NCBI GenBank assembly: GCA_044892525.1
Contig: CM097887.1
Location: 117,840,397 to 117,904,396 of the forward strand
Direction of reading: 5' to 3'
Length of the DNA stretch: 64,000 nt
Origin: Schmidtea polychroa
Taxonomy: Eukaryota
Below are positions 61,658-64,000 of this stretch, piece after piece; the first letter of the stretch is position 1; every line of letters begins with the position of its first letter. The position numbers were made by a program, and so were the translations under genes. The notes under the pieces are model-generated. The model was not told the origin of the DNA, ran no database searches, and saw only the letters and a program-made list of their open reading frames with translations.

Positions 61658-61691
61658 GCGGGACGCAATTTTAACGGGCCCCGGAGTGATT
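61658..61691 (+). promoter_or_regulatory. atypical plus-strand priming (PPT) region
   Basis: GCGGGACGCAATTTTAACGGGCCCCGGAGTGATT directly precedes the 3' LTR TG. Position fits, but it is only weakly purine-rich. Confidence 0.35.
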
Positions 61692-64000
61692 TGTTGGGCC
61701 AAGCTCCGAAGGTGTTGGAAAAGCGAACCGAAGAAGGGATAGAGTAAAATAAAATAAAAACATATAAAAAATACGAGAAACATAAGAGGAAACAAATTAA
61801 ATATCCAGCAAAGAAATTAGAAAAACTAAATAAAATAACAAAACCTCTAAAGGAAAAATAAGACAAGAGGGAAGGCACCTAATAAACGACAGTAAAAGAA
61901 AAAATAAAATAGCAGAAAATCTAAGAAAAATGAAGAAAAACAAAATAAAAAATCATCCATAAGGCTAATTAAAACAAAAAAAAATGAAGTTACAATAAAA
62001 TAGCAACAAAACCACAGGAAAAACAGATAAAATAATAAAAAATAGGAAAATAAATAAAATAATAATAAAAATAGGAAAAAGTCATTAAAATACACCTGAT
62101 TACATTAAAAAACATAAAAATTATAATAAACAATAATATTACATGCAAGTCGCGTCCTGATTGGACGAAAAGTAATATATAAAGAGCGACAAAAATCTGT
62201 AGAGTATCATTCTAACCCGAAACTCTACAGGTAAAATTTTATCCTTTATATCATCATTCTAACCCGAAACTCTACAGGAAAACTAGGAACAATTCACAAG
62301 CACAGATTATTGAACCATATTCATTCATCGGATAACATATACCTTTAACGGAGATCGAATTCAGTTCAGTCGAACGAGTCTATCTAAAGAAAACTTATAT
62401 TATTTTGATCTAACACCTTTCGGAGATTTTTGGTAAATTATGTTTTAGATTTTAGCATGATGATTTAAATATTTATTATGAATTTAAAAAGTCGTTTATA
62501 ATTCAATAAATTTCATATTTTAAACAAAGGTGTTGCTTTCTCTCTATGATGCTGGCGACGGCGTCCTCTGGAATCCGGGTATGATGCAGTTGAGTTTTTC
62601 GAACGTCCTACGGAGAGGAAATTTACGAATACGAACTCGAGAAATTGAAGTGATAGAACCAGCCCAGGATCCATATGAATTTAGAAACTAAAGTGATTAC
62701 TTAATGAATACGAGATTTATGCTAACCAGAGTCATCATGCCCGGATTTCAAATGTCGTGGTCGCCAGGTGAACATTTATTTAATTGATTTTCTCATAATT
62801 CCATTATTTCTATATTGATTTACTAAATAATTAAATTGTATTATTGCACATTTGTTGAGAATGGAGTTGCGATGTGACGGGTCGAGTCGTCCTTCACACC
62901 GGTCCAAGAGCAGTGGGCAGAGATGCGTACTGCCTTGGGTGGGTTGTGAGGAGCGAGGAAACCATGCGAGATGTAACAAATCAAGTAAAGAATTCTTTCA
63001 TCGAGTGTAATCCAACCATCTTAGTCGTCGAAAACCATCCATTGTAGAAACTTCTGAGTGACATAGTTTGAGACAACGATACCTTGGGAACTCCCAGAGG
63101 CATACCATTAGATCTATCATCAGCCTTGTATCCGATCACGTCATCAATAATCTTTGATTTAGGGCCTTATTCGTCTTGCATTGAGAGAAGTGCCTGTTAG
63201 AACGTCTGTCGGAAGGAGTTATTAATTTCGAGTTTCTACGAGAGATTCTCTGTACTAAGCCCATTTCGTATCTTACAATCTGAAGGTGCTTTGGAAGCTA
63301 CACCGCCGGGAAGTTAGCGAATAGATCCATCGTCTTGCTTATCGTCGACTCCGGGGAAACTTAATCACCAACCGACAACTAGTCGCTGTCATCGATAATA
63401 GCCGTTTTAGAGATGAGTGTAAACATCTCTGGATAGTAGATTTGAATACTGGCTATGAGCCCGAAGGAAACGGTCGCCAGTGACATTGGGTGAGCGTAGT
63501 AGACTGCCGGGAAATCGGTTGATAAGATATCTGAAGCCTCAGTCACGAGCGAACGAGTTGACCGTTTTTATCTCAAAACCAATTAGTGGAGCAAAATCTA
63601 AATATGGAATCGATCTTATCTAGTAGATTCGCAATTTAACCCACGCAATTAGATTCACGAGTTTTCTATGACCCCCTCTTAGATTTCCACTTGTCTAGAA
63701 ACTCAGCCAGCAATGTCATGTCTAGTGTGCAGATAGTAGATAAATTTATCTCACAATTGCGTACTGGTAAAATAGGAGATGGTTAGACTACATGTCCAAT
63801 CCGACAGCGAGATTACGTCATACTGAATAGTAGAATTTCTACCTAGTCCACGAACACAGGCTGACAATAAATCAGACAATGCATGTATACGAACAGACCA
63901 GACGACATCTGCTAGCCTACATCCAGGGTAAAACTAATACACCACTACTCACAAACAAGCGTCGTTATGACGACATTTATGGCGCAAGATTTAAGATGAT
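61692..64000 (+). repeat. 3' LTR (truncated by the window end; predicted end ~65,790)
   Basis: Near-identical to 35446-37708. Differences seen by eye: one C/T substitution (35908 vs ~62155), one A-run length change, and a 47-nt insertion (62231-62277). Confidence 0.95.

Larger units (their letters stand above)
35446..64000 (+). mobile_element. giant env-bearing Ty3/Gypsy (Metaviridae) LTR retroelement, ~30 kb, 3' end beyond the window
   Basis: Direct repeat 35446-37708 = 61692-64000, both beginning TGTTGGG. PBS present. gag, PR-RT-RH-IN in Gypsy order plus a glycoprotein and accessory ORFs, all on the + strand. Confidence 0.93.

Overview
AT-rich eukaryotic scaffold with four N gaps and 44-55 nt GT-AG introns. 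A planarian-like flatworm host is my inference, not something the sequence proves. Positions 1-35.4 kb are a transposon graveyard (piggyBac/hAT MITEs, mariner, Merlin, Tigger, Penelope-like, MULE, Gypsy integrase and Polinton relics, plus a decayed viral-type glycoprotein). A few host genes lie among them: a triple-ubiquitin-like pseudokinase and two pairs of paralogous small secreted-peptide genes that the ORF track misses. From 35,446 to the window end lies one giant Ty3/Gypsy (Metaviridae) LTR element, about 30 kb if its 3' LTR is complete. It has a ~4.05-kb 5' LTR (TGTTGGG...CCCAACA), a tRNA-Pro-type PBS and a near-identical 3' LTR starting at 61,692. Its four large ORFs join, after repairing one 1-nt deletion and two in-frame TGA stops, into a single ~4,600-aa polyprotein. 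The order is Gag/3xCCHC, 3 ubiquitin-like domains, AT-hook, Bcl-2-like domain, signal peptide plus chuvirus-like glycoprotein, protease, RT, RNase H, integrase, two ankyrin modules, and a second membrane protein. The element also carries an IAP-type RING gene, a full TRAF gene and several coiled-coil ORFs. This looks like an enveloped, retrovirus-like giant element with an apoptosis/innate-immunity toolkit. All domain calls are by-eye motif recognition; no searches were run.
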